From Eledone cirrhosa (lineage: Eukaryota), in contig OZ024742.1 in assembly GCA_964016885.1 (NCBI GenBank), positions 164,300,001 through 164,364,000 of the forward strand: 64,000 bases of DNA, in the 5' to 3' direction. The first letter of the stretch is position 1. Each line of letters begins with the position of its first letter. Shown here piece by piece: positions 1 through 11,000 of the stretch. The notes under the pieces were generated by a model that was not told the DNA's origin, did not search any database, and saw only the letters and a list, made by a program, of their open reading frames with translations. Made by a program: the position numbers and the translations under genes.

Positions 1-396
1 AAATTATCTCCCCTTGGACGGCTGGAAATTATATCCCCTTGGAAGGATGGAAATTATCTCCCCTTGGACGGCTGGAAATTATCTCCCCTTGGACGGCTGG
101 AAATTATCTCCCCTTGGACAGCTGGAAATTATCTGCCCTTGATTTTGTTTTTACAAATTATCTCCCCCTGATTTTTTTTACAAATTATCTCCACCTGATT
201 TTTAAAAAAATTATCTCCCCTTGGACGGCTGGAAATTATCTCCCCTTGATTTTTTTTACAAATTATCTCCCCCTGATTTTTTTTTACAAATTATCTCCCC
301 CTGATTTTTTTTTACAAATTATCTCCCCCTGATTTTTTTTTACAAATTATCTCACCCTGATTTTTTTTACAAATTATCTCTCCCTGATTTTTTTAC

Positions 397-620
397 AAAT
401 TATCTCCCCTTGGCTGGCTGGAAATTATCTCCCCTTGGAGGCTGGAATTTATCTCCCCTTGGACGGCTAGAAATTACCTCTCCTTGGACGGCTGGAAAAT
501 ATGTCTCCTTGGACGGCTGGATATTATCTACCCTTGGACGGCTGGAAATTATCTCCCCTTGGACGGCTGGAAATTATCTCCTCTTGGACGGCTAGATATT
601 ACCTCCCCTTGGACGGCTGG
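397..620 (+). repeat. Representative long A-block cassette (9 ordered variant monomers, 224 bp), recurring dozens of times
   Basis: Fixed order: ..TTGGCTGGCTGG / ..TTGGAGGCTGG (24 bp) / AATTTATC..GGCTAG / AAATTACCTCTCC.. / AAAATATGTCTCC.. / ATATTATCTACCC.. / consensus / ..GGCTAG / ATATTACC.. . It corresponds to the recurring 61-aa MAGWKLSPLGGWNLSP... pseudo-ORF at 410, 923, 2483, 4221, 8335, 9895 and onward. Confidence 0.95.
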
Positions 621-2048
621 AAATTATCTCCCCTTGATTTTTTTACAAATTATCTCCCCCTGATTTTTTTACAAATTATCTCCCCCTGATTTTTTTTACA
701 AATTATCTCCGCCTAATTTTTTTAAATATTATCTTCCCTTGGCTGGCGGGAAATTATCTCCCCTTGGACGGCTGAAAATTATCTCCCCTTGGACGGCTGG
801 AAATTATCTCCCCTTGATTTTTTTTACAAATTATCTCCCCCTGATTTTTTTTTACAAATTATCTCCCCCTGATTTTTTTTACAAATTATCTCCCTCTGAT
901 TTTTTTTACAAATTATCTCCCCTTGGCTGGCTGGAAATTATCTCCCCTTGGAGGCTGGAATTTATCTCCCCTTGGACGGTTAGAAATTACCTCTCCTTGG
1001 ACTGCTGGAAAATATGTCTCCTTGGACGGCTGGAAATTATCTCCCCTTGGACGGCTGGAAATTATCTCCCCTTGGACGGCTGGAAATTATCTCTCCTCGG
1101 ACGACTAGAAATTACCTCTCCTTGGACAGCTGAAAATTATCTCCCCTTGGACGGCTGGAAATTATCTCCCCTTGATTTTTTTACAAATTATCTCCCCCTG
1201 ATTTTTTTTTACAAATTATCTCCCCCTGATTTTTTTTACAAATTATCTCCCCCTGATATTTTTTACAAATTATCTCCCCCTGATTTTTTTACAAATTATC
1301 TCCCCTTGGCTGGCTGGAAATTATCTACCCTTGGAGGCTGGAATTTATCTCCCCTTGGACGGCTAGAAATTACCTCGCCTTGGACGGCTGGAAAATATGT
1401 CTCCTTGGACGGCTGGAAATTATCTCCCCTTGGACGGCTGGAAATTATCTCCCCTTGGACGGCTGGAAATTATCTCCCCTTGGACGGCTAGATATTACCT
1501 CCCCTTGGACGGCTGGAAATTATCTCCCCTTGATTTTTTTTACAAATTATCTCCCCCTGATTTTTTTTTACAAATTATCTCCCCCTGATTTTTTTTTACG
1601 AAGTATCTCCCCCTGATTTTTTTTTACAAATTATCTCCGCCTGATTTTTTTTAAAAAATTATCTCCCCTTGAACGGCTGGAAATTATCTCCCCTTGGACG
1701 GCTGGAAATTATCTCCCCTTGGACGGCTAGAAATTACCTCTCCTTGGACGGCTGAAAATTATCTCCCATTGGACGGCTGCAAATTATCTCCCCTTGATTT
1801 TTTAACAAATTATCTCCCCCTGATTTTTTTTTACAAATTATCTCCCCCTGATTTTTTTTTACAAATTATCTACGCCTAATTTTTTTTACAAATTATCTCC
1901 CCCTGATTTTTTTTTACAAATTATCTCCCCCTGATTTTTTTTACAAATTATCTCCCCCTGATTTTTTTTTACAAATTATTTCCCCCTGATTTTTTTACAA
2001 ATTATCTCCCCCCTGATTTTTTTTACAATCTCCGCCTGATTTTTTTAA

Positions 2049-2198
2049 AAATTATCTTCCCTTGGCTGGCGGGAAATTATCTCCCCTTGGACGGCTGGAA
2101 ATTATATCCCCTTGGAAGGATGGAAATTATCTCCCCTTGGACGGCTGGAAATTATCTCCCCTTGGACGGCTGGAAATTATCTCCCCTTGGACAGCTGG
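2049..2198 (+). repeat. Representative 6-unit A-block cassette (150 bp)
   Basis: TATCTTCCCTTGGCTGGCGGG, consensus, TATATCCCCTTGGAAGGATGG, consensus x2, GGACAGCTGG, followed by TCTGCCCTTGATTTTGTTTTTAC. Recurs as the 60-aa pseudo-ORF at 2062, 9474, 11547, 15550, 17289 ... 63723. Confidence 0.93.
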
Positions 2199-3203
2199 AA
2201 ATTATCTGCCCTTGATTTTGTTTTTACAAATTATCTCCCCCTGATTTTTTTTACAAATTATCTCCACCTGATTTTTTAAAAAATTATCTCCCCTTGGACG
2301 GCTGGAAATTATCTCCCCTTGATTTTTTTTACAAATTATCTCCCCCTGATTTTTTTTTACAAATTATCTCCCCCTGATTTTTTTTTACAAATTATCTCCC
2401 CCTGATTTTTTTTTACAAATTATCTCACCCTGATTTTTTTTACAAATTATCTCTCCCTGATTTTTTTACAAATTATCTCCCCTTGGCTGGCTGGAAATTA
2501 TCTCCCCTTGGAGGCTGGAATTTATCTCCCCTTGGACGGCTAGAAATTACCTCTCCTTGGACGGCTGGAAAATATGTCTCCTTGGACGGCTGGATATTAT
2601 CTACCCTTGGACGGCTGGAAATTATCTCCCCTTGGACGGCTGGAAATTATCTCCTCTTGGACGGCTAGATATTACCTCCCCTTGGACGGCTGGAAATTAT
2701 CTCCCCTTGATTTTTTTACAAATTATCTCCCCCTGATTTTTTTACAAATTATCTCCCCCTGATTTTTTTTACAAATTATCTCCGCCTAATTTTTTTAAAT
2801 ATTATCTTCCCTTGGCTGGCGGGAAATTATCTCCCCTTGGACGGCTGAAAATTATCTCCCCTTGGACGGCTGGAAATTATCTCCCCTTGATTTTTTTTAC
2901 AAATTATCTCCCCCTGATTTTTTTTTACAAATTATCTCCCCCTGATTTTTTTTACAAATTATCTCCCCCTGATTTTTTTACAAATTATCTCCCCTTGGCT
3001 GGCTGGAAATTATCTCCCCTTGGAGGCTGGAATTTATCTCCCCTTGGACGGCTAGAAATTACCTCTCCTTGGAAGGCTGGAAAATATGTCCTTGGACGGC
3101 TGGATATTATCTACCCTTGGACAGCTGGAAATTATCTCCCCTTGGACGGCTGGAAATTATCTCCCCTTGGACGGCTAGATATTACCTCCCCTTGGACGGC
3201 TGG

Positions 3204-3585
3204 AAATTATCTCCACTTGATTTTTTTTACAAATTATCTCCCCCTGATTTTTTTTTACAAATTATCTCCCCCTGATTTTTTTTTACAAATTATCTCCCCC
3301 TGATTTTTTTTTACAAATTATCTACCCCTGATTTTTTTTTACAAATTATCTCCCCCTGATTTTTTTTACAAATTATCTCCCCCTGATTTTTTTTTACAAA
3401 TTATCTCCCCCTGATTTTTTTTTACAAATTATCTACCCCTGATTTTTTTTACAAATTATCTCCCCCTGATTTTTTTTACAAATTATCTCCCCCTGATTTT
3501 GTTTACAAATTATCTCCCCCTGATTTTTTTACAAATTATCTCCCCCTCATTTTTTTTACAAATTATCTCCGCCTAATTTTTTTAA
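3204..3585 (+). repeat. Long pure type-B (oligo-dT) run of 14 monomers with an internal 111-bp (4-monomer) duplication
   Basis: Fourteen consecutive TGA(T)nAC-type units. The variant TCTACCCC occurs at 3321 and 3432 (111 bp apart). Copies lie near 12.7, 20.5, 38.1 and 58.9 kb, with a shorter relative near 48.1 and 52.1 kb. Confidence 0.9.
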
Positions 3586-4859
3586 ATATTATCTTCCCTT
3601 GGCTGGCGGGAAATTATCTCCCCTTGGACGGCTGAAAATTATCTCCCCTTGGACGGCTGGAAATTATCTCCCCTTGATTTTTTTTACAAATTATCTCCCC
3701 CTGATTATTTTTTACAAATTATCCCCTGATTTTTTTTTTACAAATTATCTCCCCCTGATTTTTTTTACAAATTATCTCCCCCTGATTTTTTTACAAATTA
3801 TCTCCCCTTGGCTGGCTGGAAATTATCTCCCATTGGAGGCTGGAATTTATCTCCCCTTGGACGGTTAGAAATTACCTCCCCTTGGACGGCTGGAAAATAT
3901 GTCTCCTTGGACGGCTGGAAATTATCGCCCCTTGGACGGCTGGAAATTATCTCCCCTTGGACGGCTGGAAATTATCTCTCATCAGACGGCTAGAAATTAC
4001 CTCTCCTTGGACAGCTGAAAATTATCTCCCCTTGGACGGCTGGAAATTATCTCCCCTTGATTTTTTTTACAAATTATCTCCCCCTGATTTTTTTTTACAA
4101 ATTATCTCCCCCTGATTTTTTTTTACAAATTATCTCCCCCTGATTTTTTTTTACAAATTATCTCCCCCTGATATTTTTTACAAATTATCTCCCCCTGATT
4201 TTTTTACAAATTATCTCCCCTTGGCTGGCTGGAAATTATCTCCCCTTGGAGGCTGGAATTTATCTCCCCTTGGACGGCTAGAAATTACCTCGCCTTGGAC
4301 GGCTGGAAAATATGTCTCCTTGGACGGCTGGAAATTATCTCCCCTTGGACGGCTGGAAATTATCTCCCCTTGGACGGCTGGAAATTATCTCCCCTTGGAC
4401 GGCTAGATATTACCTCCCCTTGGACGGCTGGAAATTATCTCCCCTTGATTTTTTTTACAAATTATCTCCCCCTGATTTTTTTTTACAAATTATCTCCCCC
4501 TGATTTTTTTTTACGAATTATCTCCCCCCGATTTTTTTTTACAAATTATCTCCGCCTGATTTTTTTTTAAAAATTATCTCCCCTTGAACGGCTGGAAATT
4601 ATCTCCCCTTGGACGGCTGGAAATTATCTCCCCTTGGACGGCTAGAAATTACCTCTCCTTGGACGGCTGAAAATTATCTCCCCTTGGACGGCTGCAAATT
4701 ATCTCCCCTTGATTTTTTAACAAATTATCTCCCCCTGATTTTTTTTTACAAATTATCTCCCCCTGATTTTTTTTTACAAATTATCTCCCCCTGATTTTTT
4801 TTTACAAATTATCTCCCCCTGATTTTTTTACAAATTATCTCCCCCTGATTTTTTTTACA

Positions 4860-6250
4860 AATTATCTCCACCTGATTTTTAAAAAATTATCTCCCCTTGG
4901 ACGGCTGGAAATTATCTCCCCTTGATTTTTTTACAAATTATCTCCCCCTGATTTTTTTTTACAAATTATCTGCCCCTGATTTTTTTTACAAATTATCTCC
5001 CCCTGATTTTTTTACAAATTATCTCCCCTTGGCTGGCTGGAAATTATCTCCCCTTGGAGGCTGGAATTTATCTCCCCTTGGACGGCTAGAAATTACCTCT
5101 CCTTGGACGGCTGGAAAATATTTCTCCTTGGACGGCTGGATATTATCTACCTTTGGACGGGTGGAAATTATCTCCCCTTGGACGGCTGGAAATTATCTCC
5201 CCTTGGACGGCTAGATATTACCTCCCCTTGGACGGCTGGAAATTATCTTCCCTTGATTTTTTTTACAAATTATCTCCCCCTGATTTTTTTTTTACAAATT
5301 ATCTCCCCCTGATTTTTTTACAAATTATCTCCCCCTGATTTTTTTTACAAATTATCTCCGCCTGACTTTTTTAAATATTATCTTCCCTTGGCTGGCGGGA
5401 AATTATCTCCCCTTGGACGGCTGAAAATTATCTCCCCTTGGACGGCTGGAAATTATCTCCCCTTGATTTTTTTTACAAATTATCTCCCCCTGATTATTTT
5501 TTACAAATTATCTTTCCCTGATTTTTTTTTACAAATTATCTCCCCCTGATTTTTTTTACAAATTATCTCCCCCTGATTTTTTTACAAATTATCTCCCCTT
5601 GGCTGGCTGGAAATTATCTCTCCTTGGAGGCTGGAATTTATCTCCCCTTGGACGGCTGGAAATTATCTCTCCTTGGACGGCTAGAAATTACCTCTCCTTG
5701 GACGGCTGGAAAATATGTCTCGTTGGAGGGCTGGAAATTATCTCCCCTTGGACGGCTGGAAATTATCTCCCCTTGGACGGCTGGAAATTATCTCTCCTTG
5801 GACGGCTAGAAATTACCTCTCCTTGGACGGCTGAAAATTATCTCTCCTTGGACGGCTGGAAATTATCTCCCCTTGGACGGCTAGATATTACCTCCCCTTG
5901 GACGGCTGGAAATTATCTCCCCTTGATTTTTTTTACAAATTATCTCCCCCTGATTTTTTTTACAAATTATCTACACCTGATTTTTTTACAAATTATCTCC
6001 CCCTGATTTTTTTTACAAATTATCTCCGCCTCATTTTTTTAAATATTATCTTCCCTTGGCTGGCGGGAAATTATCTCCCCTTGGACGGCTGAAAATTATC
6101 TCCCCTTGGACGGCTGGAAATTATCTCCCCTTGATCTTTTTTACAAATTATCTCCCCCTGATTTTTTTTTACAAATTATCTCCCCCTGATTTTTTTTTAC
6201 AAATTATCTCCCCCTGATTTTTTTTTACAAATTATCTCCCCTTGGCTGGC
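4860..6250 (+). repeat. Diverged paralog of the first part of the 4,458-bp unit
   Basis: Shares rare variants AAAATATTTCTCC, GGACGGGTGG, TCTTTCCCTGA and TTGGAGGGCTGG with 23.7-25.4 kb. It also has private changes (CTACCTTTGG, CTGACTTTT, GTCTCGTTGG). Confidence 0.85.
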
Positions 6251-6494
6251 TGGAAATTATCTCCCCTTGGAGGCTGGAATTTATCTCCCCTTGGACGGCT
6301 AGAAATTACCTCTCCTTGGACGGCTGGAAAATATGTCCTTGGACGGCTGGATATTATCTACCCTTGGACGGCTGGAAATTATCTCCCCTTGGACGGCTGG
6401 AAATTATCTCCCCTTGGACGGCTAGATATTATCTCCCCTTGGACGGCTGGAAATTATCTCCCCTTGATTTTTTTTACAAATTATCTCCCCCTGA

Positions 6495-7420
6495 TTTTTT
6501 TTACAAATCTAATAATTTTTTAAAAAAAATTATCTCCCCTTCGCTGGCTGCAAATTATCTCCCCTTGGACGCTGGAAATTATAGCCCCTTGGAGGGCTGG
6601 AAATTATCTTCCCTTGGACGGCTGGAAATTATCTCCCCTCGGCTCGAAATTATCTCCCCTTGGACGGCTAGAAATTATCTCTCTTTGGACGGCTGGAAAT
6701 TATCTCCCTTTGATTTTTTTTACAAATTATCTCCCCCTGATTTTTTTTACAAATCTCCCCCTGATTTTTTAAAAAAAATTATCTCCCCTTCGCTGGCTGG
6801 AAATTATCTCCCCTTGGACACTGTAAATTATAGCCCCTTGGAGGGCTGGAAATTATCTTACCTTGGACGGCTGGAAATTATCTCTGCTTGATTTTTTTTA
6901 CAAATTATCTCCCCCTGATTTTTTTTTACAAATTATCCCCCCCGATTTTTTTTACAAATTATCTACCCCTGATTTTTTTTACAAATTATCTCCTCTTGGA
7001 CGGCTGGAAATTATCTCCCCTTGGACGGCTGGAAATTATCTCTCCTTGGACGGCTAGAAATTACCTCTCCTTGGACGACTGAAAATTATCTCCCCTTGGA
7101 CGGCTGCAAATTATCTCCCCTTGATTTCTTTTACAAATTATCTCCGCCTGATTTTTTTTTTTAAATTATCTCCCCTTGGACGGCTGGAAATTACCTCCCC
7201 TTGGACGGCTGGAAATTATCTCCCCTTGGACGGCTAGAAATTACCTCTCATTGGACGGCTGAAAATTATCTCCCCTTGGACGGCTGGAAATTATCTCCCC
7301 TTGATTTTTTTTACAAATTATCTCCCCCTGATTTTTTTTTTACAAATTATCTCCGCCTGATTTTTTTTTTAAATTATCTCTCCTTGGACGGCTGGATATT
7401 ATCTCCCCTTTCATTTTTTT
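6495..7420 (+). repeat. Single-copy, more degenerate satellite island outside the higher-order repeats
   Basis: Contains monomers I did not see elsewhere in the window: AAATCTAATAATTTTT, TTCGCTGGCTGC, TTATAGCCCC, GGACACTGT, CCTCGGCTCG, CCCCTTTCATTT. It has an internal diverged duplication (about 6527 vs 6776). Confidence 0.88.
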
Positions 7421-8029
7421 TACAAATTATCTCCCCCTGATTTTTTTTTACAAATTATCTCCCCCTGATTTTTTTTTACAAATTATCTCCCCCTGATTTT
7501 TTTTTACAAATTATCTCCCCCTGATTTTTTTTACAAATTATCTCCCCCTGATTTTTTTACAAATTATCTCCCCTTGGCTGGCTGGAAATTATCTCCCCTT
7601 GGAGGCTGGAATTTATCTCCCCTTGGACGGCTAGAAATTACCTCTCCTTGGACGGCTGGAAAATATGTCCTTGGACGGCTGGATATTATCTACCCTTGGA
7701 CGGCTGGAAATTATCTCCCCTTGGACGGCTGGAAATTATCTCCCCTTGGACGGCTAGATATTACCTCCCCTTGGACGGCTGGAAATTATCTCCCCTTGAT
7801 TTTTTTTACAAATTATCTCCCCCTGATTTTTTTTTACAAATTATCTCCCCCTGATTTTTTTTTACAAATTATCTCCGCCTGATTTTTTTTTACAAATTAT
7901 CTCCACCTAATTTTTTTTACAAATTATCTCTCCCTGATCTTTTTTTACAAATTATCTCCCCCTGATTTTTTTTTACCAATTATCTACCCCTGATTTTTTT
8001 TTACAAATTATCTCCCCCTTATTTTTTTT

Positions 8030-11000
8030 ACAAATTATCTCCCCCTGATTTTTTTTACAAATTATCTCCCCCTGATTTTTTTACAAATTATCTCCCCCCG
8101 ATTTTTTTTACAAATTATATCCGCCTAATTTTTTTAAATATTATCTATCCTTGGCTGGCGGGAAATTATCTCCCCTTGGACGGCTGAAAATGTTCTCCCC
8201 TTGGACGGCTGGAAATTATCTCCCCTTGATTTTTTTACAAATTATCTCCCCCTGATTATTTTTTACAAATTATCTCCCCCTGATTTTTTTTTACAAATTA
8301 TCTCCCTCTGATTTTTTTTACAAATTATCTCCCCTTGGCTGGCTGGAAATTATCTCCCCTTGGAGGCTGGAATTTATCTCCCCTTGGACGGTTAGAAATT
8401 ACCTCTCCTTGGACTGCTGGAAAATATGTCTCCTTGGACGGCTGGAAATTATCTCCCCTTGGACGGCTGGAAATTATCTCCCCTTGGACGGCTGGAAATT
8501 ATCTCTCCTCGGACGACTAGAAATTACCTCTCCTTGGACAGCTGAAAATTATCTCCCCTTGGACGGCTGGAAATTATCTCCCCTTGATTTTTTTACAAAT
8601 TATCTCCCCCTGATTTTTTTTTACAAATTATCTCCCCCTGATTTTTTTTACAAATTATCTCCCCCTGATATTTTTTACAAATTATCTCCCCCTGATTTTT
8701 TTACAAATTATCTCCCCTTGGCTGGCTGGAAATTATCTACCCTTGGAGGCTGGAATTTATCTCCCCTTGGACGGCTAGAAATTACCTCGCCTTGGACGGC
8801 TGGAAAATATGTCTCCTTGGACGGCTGGAAATTATCTCCCCTTGGACGGCTGGAAATTATCTCCCCTTGGACGGCTGGAAATTATCTCCCCTTGGACGGC
8901 TAGATATTACCTCCCCTTGGACGGCTGGAAATTATCTCCCCTTGATTTTTTTTACAAATTATCTCCCCCTGATTTTTTTTTACAAATTATCTCCCCCTGA
9001 TTTTTTTTTACGAAGTATCTCCCCCTGATTTTTTTTTACAAATTATCTCCGCCTGATTTTTTTTAAAAAATTATCTCCCCTTGAACGGCTGGAAATTATC
9101 TCCCCTTGGACGGCTGGAAATTATCTCCCCTTGGACGGCTAGAAATTACCTCTCCTTGGACGGCTGAAAATTATCTCCCATTGGACGGCTGCAAATTATC
9201 TCCCCTTGATTTTTTAACAAATTATCTCCCCCTGATTTTTTTTTACAAATTATCTCCCCCTGATTTTTTTTTACAAATTATCTACGCCTAATTTTTTTTA
9301 CAAATTATCTCCCCCTGATTTTTTTTTACAAATTATCTCCCCCTGATTTTTTTTACAAATTATCTCCCCCTGATTTTTTTTTACAAATTATTTCCCCCTG
9401 ATTTTTTTACAAATTATCTCCCCCCTGATTTTTTTTACAATCTCCGCCTGATTTTTTTAAAAATTATCTTCCCTTGGCTGGCGGGAAATTATCTCCCCTT
9501 GGACGGCTGGAAATTATATCCCCTTGGAAGGATGGAAATTATCTCCCCTTGGACGGCTGGAAATTATCTCCCCTTGGACGGCTGGAAATTATCTCCCCTT
9601 GGACAGCTGGAAATTATCTGCCCTTGATTTTGTTTTTACAAATTATCTCCCCCTGATTTTTTTTACAAATTATCTCCACCTGATTTTTAAAAAAATTATC
9701 TCCCCTTGGACGGCTGGAAATTATCTCCCCTTGATTTTTTTTACAAATTATCTCCCCCTGATTTTTTTTTACAAATTATCTCCCCCTGATTTTTTTTTAC
9801 AAATTATCTCCCCCTGATTTTTTTTTACAAATTATCTCACCCTGATTTTTTTTACAAATTATCTCTCCCTGATTTTTTTACAAATTATCTCCCCTTGGCT
9901 GGCTGGAAATTATCTCCCCTTGGAGGCTGGAATTTATCTCCCCTTGGACGGCTAGAAATTACCTCTCCTTGGACGGCTGGAAAATATGTCTCCTTGGACG
10001 GCTGGATATTATCTACCCTTGGACGGCTGGAAATTATCTCCCCTTGGACGGCTGGAAATTATCTCCTCTTGGACGGCTAGATATTACCTCCCCTTGGACG
10101 GCTGGAAATTATCTCCCCTTGATTTTTTTACAAATTATCTCCCCCTGATTTTTTTACAAATTATCTCCCCCTGATTTTTTTTACAAATTATCTCCGCCTA
10201 ATTTTTTTAAATATTATCTTCCCTTGGCTGGCGGGAAATTATCTCCCCTTGGACGGCTGAAAATTATCTCCCCTTGGACGGCTGGAAATTATCTCCCCTT
10301 GATTTTTTTTACAAATTATCTCCCCCTGATTTTTTTTTACAAATTATCTCCCCCTGATTTTTTTTACAAATTATCTCCCTCTGATTTTTTTTACAAATTA
10401 TCTCCCCTTGGCTGGCTGGAAATTATCTCCCCTTGGAGGCTGGAATTTATCTCCCCTTGGACGGTTAGAAATTACCTCTCCTTGGACTGCTGGAAAATAT
10501 GTCTCCTTGGACGGCTGGAAATTATCTCCCCTTGGACGGCTGGAAATTATCTCCCCTTGGACGGCTGGAAATTATCTCTCCTCGGACGACTAGAAATTAC
10601 CTCTCCTTGGACAGCTGAAAATTATCTCCCCTTGGACGGCTGGAAATTATCTCCCCTTGATTTTTTTACAAATTATCTCCCCCTGATTTTTTTTTACAAA
10701 TTATCTCCCCCTGATTTTTTTTACAAATTATCTCCCCCTGATATTTTTTACAAATTATCTCCCCCTGATTTTTTTACAAATTATCTCCCCTTGGCTGGCT
10801 GGAAATTATCTACCCTTGGAGGCTGGAATTTATCTCCCCTTGGACGGCTAGAAATTACCTCGCCTTGGACGGCTGGAAAATATGTCTCCTTGGACGGCTG
10901 GAAATTATCTCCCCTTGGACGGCTGGAAATTATCTCCCCTTGGACGGCTGGAAATTATCTCCCCTTGGACGGCTAGATATTACCTCCCCTTGGACGGCTG

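Larger units (their letters stand above)
1..2950 (+). repeat. 2,073-bp higher-order repeat dimer (first copy truncated by the window start)
   Basis: ORF starts 410/2483, 501/2574 and 739/2812 all differ by 2,073. Confidence 0.92.
1..4790 (+). repeat. Partial copy 0 of the ~7.9-kb higher-order repeat; duplicate of about 9486-14200 (offset 9,485)
   Basis: 39/9524, 739/10224, 2812/12297 and 3882/13367 differ by 9,485. 4221/13678 differs by 9,457 after loss of one 28-bp B unit. Confidence 0.92.

Noticed and set aside
158-200. DnaA boxes or plasmid iterons (TTATCTCCAC resembles TTATCCACA)
   Set aside because: It does not match the DnaA consensus TTWTNCACA, there is no rep gene, and the scale (thousands of copies) is incompatible with an origin.
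160-400. Rho-independent or Pol III terminators at the T7-9 tracts
   Set aside because: No GC-rich hairpin precedes the tracts and there is no upstream transcription unit. They are simply part of monomer B.
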